NCBI GenBank assembly: GCA_963772365.1
Contig: CAVYXA010000001.1
Location: 992,001 to 1,056,000, forward strand
Reading direction: 5' to 3'
DNA length: 64,000 nucleotides
DNA from: an uncultured Verrucomicrobiae bacterium
GTDB lineage: Bacteria > Verrucomicrobiota > Verrucomicrobiia > Chthoniobacterales > UBA10450
The position numbers and the translations under genes are program-made. Every line of letters starts with the position of its first letter. Position 1 is the stretch's first letter. The notes beneath the pieces were generated by a model, which saw only the letters and a program-made list of their open reading frames with translations, ran no database searches and was not told where the DNA came from. Positions 62,383 to 64,000 of the stretch are shown piece after piece.

Positions 62383-64000
62383 TTAAAGGCCACGCTCCTG
62401 CAACTGGGCAATCGTTTCCCGCAGCATTCGATAGCCAAAATGCCCTTGCCGCACCCGCAATAGCTCTGAGCCACGCCATTTTTGATGGATTTGCTCGATG
62501 TCGATGGGTCGCGCGATGGAATCAAATTCACCGGCCACGAAAAGGACGCGGTCGGCCGGGCAGAGTGGCTCGTTCTGAAGCGGAGAACTGAGATGAAAAT
62601 GGCGCGCCACCAACGCCGAGTCGATATTCGCCCGCCGCAGTTTGCGGGACATCCCAGCCGTCACCGGGCTTTGCCAGATCGCATGTTCGACATTCACAAT
62701 CGGCGCCATCAATGCGACAAACCGAAAATCGGCTTCAACCAGGGCAAGCAGCGCGCCGATCCAGCCGCCGTAGCTCGTTCCCAGGATGCCAAACTGCGAG
62801 CCGCCGCGCTGCCGCAGTGCGCTCATCAATTGTCGAACTTCCATGACCCCCTGACGCAATCCCTCGGCGTTACGAATCAGGTCCGCCGTGATGGCGAGCT
62901 CGCCATTCCAATAACCGCGCGGCGTTCTCGAGTAATGATACGGCAAATGAATGAAACATGCGTTCCAACCGAGCTTATTAAAATGCGCAGCCCACCGCCG
63001 ATAACCGATGCGAGTCGCCGAAAGCAGCGAGTGCAGCAGGAAAACCGTCGGCGCACGCCAGCCCTTGGAACATGGAAACAAATCTGCGCGGGCGATATTG
63101 TTTGCCGGAAACGCCGTCTCAATCGGGCTGGGCCAACTGATCGTGACAGCTCGATCGCCGATCTTCTCGGCCAGCTCGCCATTGCCTGAGACCGCATAGT
63201 ATTCCTGTGCGGTCAGTTTCTCGCATCGCTCGACGTAGCGTTCCATTTCCTCACGACTGCGCGCATGCAAGCAATGCCGCGACTGAAGCAAATTCATCGA
63301 CGCACACATGAGACCGTCGACGGTTCTGGCAGTGATACGGCGCGGCGAGCGCTCCGGATGGCGGACCTGTTTCGCCATTCGCACCTGTGGCGAATGCGGC
63401 AAATCGTCGGTCGTTAATTCGAACTTGTTTTTTAACTCCGCATAAAGATTCTTGAACGCGACGGCAAGCTGCTGTTCGATCCGCTCCCGAGCGTCGAATT
63501 TTTCGAGATTCGAAAGTGTCGGGATCAATTGGCCGAAAGCGACCCAGATTGGTATGCGTCGAAACGGCAGCCAGTTTCGCCAATTGTAAAGCCGGTCCGT
63601 TCCAAGAATAACGCAGGGCAAGATCGGAACGTCCGCGATGTGAGCGAGCGTAGAGGCGCCCGGCCGCAATGGTGCGCCCTCCAGCAACGAGCGCGCCCCA
63701 TCGCGGATTCCGCCCTCAGGAAAAACTCCGACGATTCGTCCTCCTTTCAATCGCTCAACTGCCGTTCGAATTGTCTTGCGATCGGCCCGATGTCGATCCG
63801 CCGGGAAAGCATCGACGGCACGCAGAAATTGGCCCAGGCCCGGCACGGGAAAAAATTCCGACATGGCCATCCAGTCGATCTTGCGTCGCGCCACTGACGA
63901 AATGATCGGCGGATCGAAATGGCTGATGTGATTCGCCGCCAGCAGGAATCCGCCTGATCGATTCACATTTTCGCCACGCAAAACGCGAATCCGCGCCACG
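62383..64000 (-). CDS. PlsC-like lysophospholipid acyltransferase fused to an alpha/beta hydrolase; 5' end runs off the window
   Basis: NHISHFD and FPEG acyltransferase motifs, then LPYHYSR, GTSYGG nucleophile elbow, GEFD and QGH. Confidence 0.88.
   Translation of the reverse strand, partial: VARIRVLRGENVNRSGGFLLAANHISHFDPPIISSVARRKIDWMAMSEFFPVPGLGQFLRAVDAFPADRHRADRKTIRTAVERLKGGRIVGVFPEGGIRDGARSLLEGAPLRPGASTLAHIADVPILPCVILGTDRLYNWRNWLPFRRIPIWVAFGQLIPTLSNLEKFDARERIEQQLAVAFKNLYAELKNKFELTTDDLPHSPQVRMAKQVRHPERSPRRITARTVDGLMCASMNLLQSRHCLHARSREEMERYVERCEKLTAQEYYAVSGNGELAEKIGDRAVTISWPSPIETAFPANNIARADLFPCSKGWRAPTVFLLHSLLSATRIGYRRWAAHFNKLGWNACFIHLPYHYSRTPRGYWNGELAITADLIRNAEGLRQGVMEVRQLMSALRQRGGSQFGILGTSYGGWIGALLALVEADFRFVALMAPIVNVEHAIWQSPVTAGMSRKLRRANIDSALVARHFHLSSPLQNEPLCPADRVLFVAGEFDSIARPIDIEQIHQKWRGSELLRVRQGHFGYRMLRETIAQLQERGL

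Noticed and set aside
63345..63366. RHPERS peptide in the acyltransferase-hydrolase linker resembling a family-A repeat remnant
   Set aside because: Only about 12 matching bases and no partner arm, so it could be chance.

Overview
Bacterial chromosomal window, almost certainly from Verrucomicrobiota (Chthoniobacterales-like soil lineage). Supporting signs are the PVC-signature small basic protein, a PEP-CTERM protein and a dockerin-type C-terminal fragment. The left 16.5 kb is accessory DNA ending at the 3' end of tRNA-Leu(CAG). It holds a partial type III-like N6-adenine methyltransferase (missing from the ORF track), a VPS10/BNR protein and a compact NRPS cluster (A-T, P450, C-A-T, C*-T-TE, PPTase). 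The cluster's A-domain codes read Leu and Val, its last C domain carries an X-domain-like HRxxxDE motif, and its TE has a Cys nucleophile. This is the best candidate for an undescribed system. The rest is mostly housekeeping: lptE, bamD, serS, 6S RNA, pheT/pheS/rplT, pxpABC, recO, sucAB-lpdA, HtrA, a Gld-like ABC set, glnB-glnA, rluB, rmuC, btuB with a cobalamin riboswitch, hldD and osmC. A 2.85-kb IS1-family element with cargo genes, 16-bp TIRs and an 8-bp TSD sits inside a palindromic repeat between pheS and pheT. Several REP-like repeat families are dense here, including in-frame copies inside pheT, btuB and a DUF4340 gene. Single-base frameshifts in serS, btuB and the NRPS suggest assembly indel errors. 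All calls were made by eye and no database search was run.
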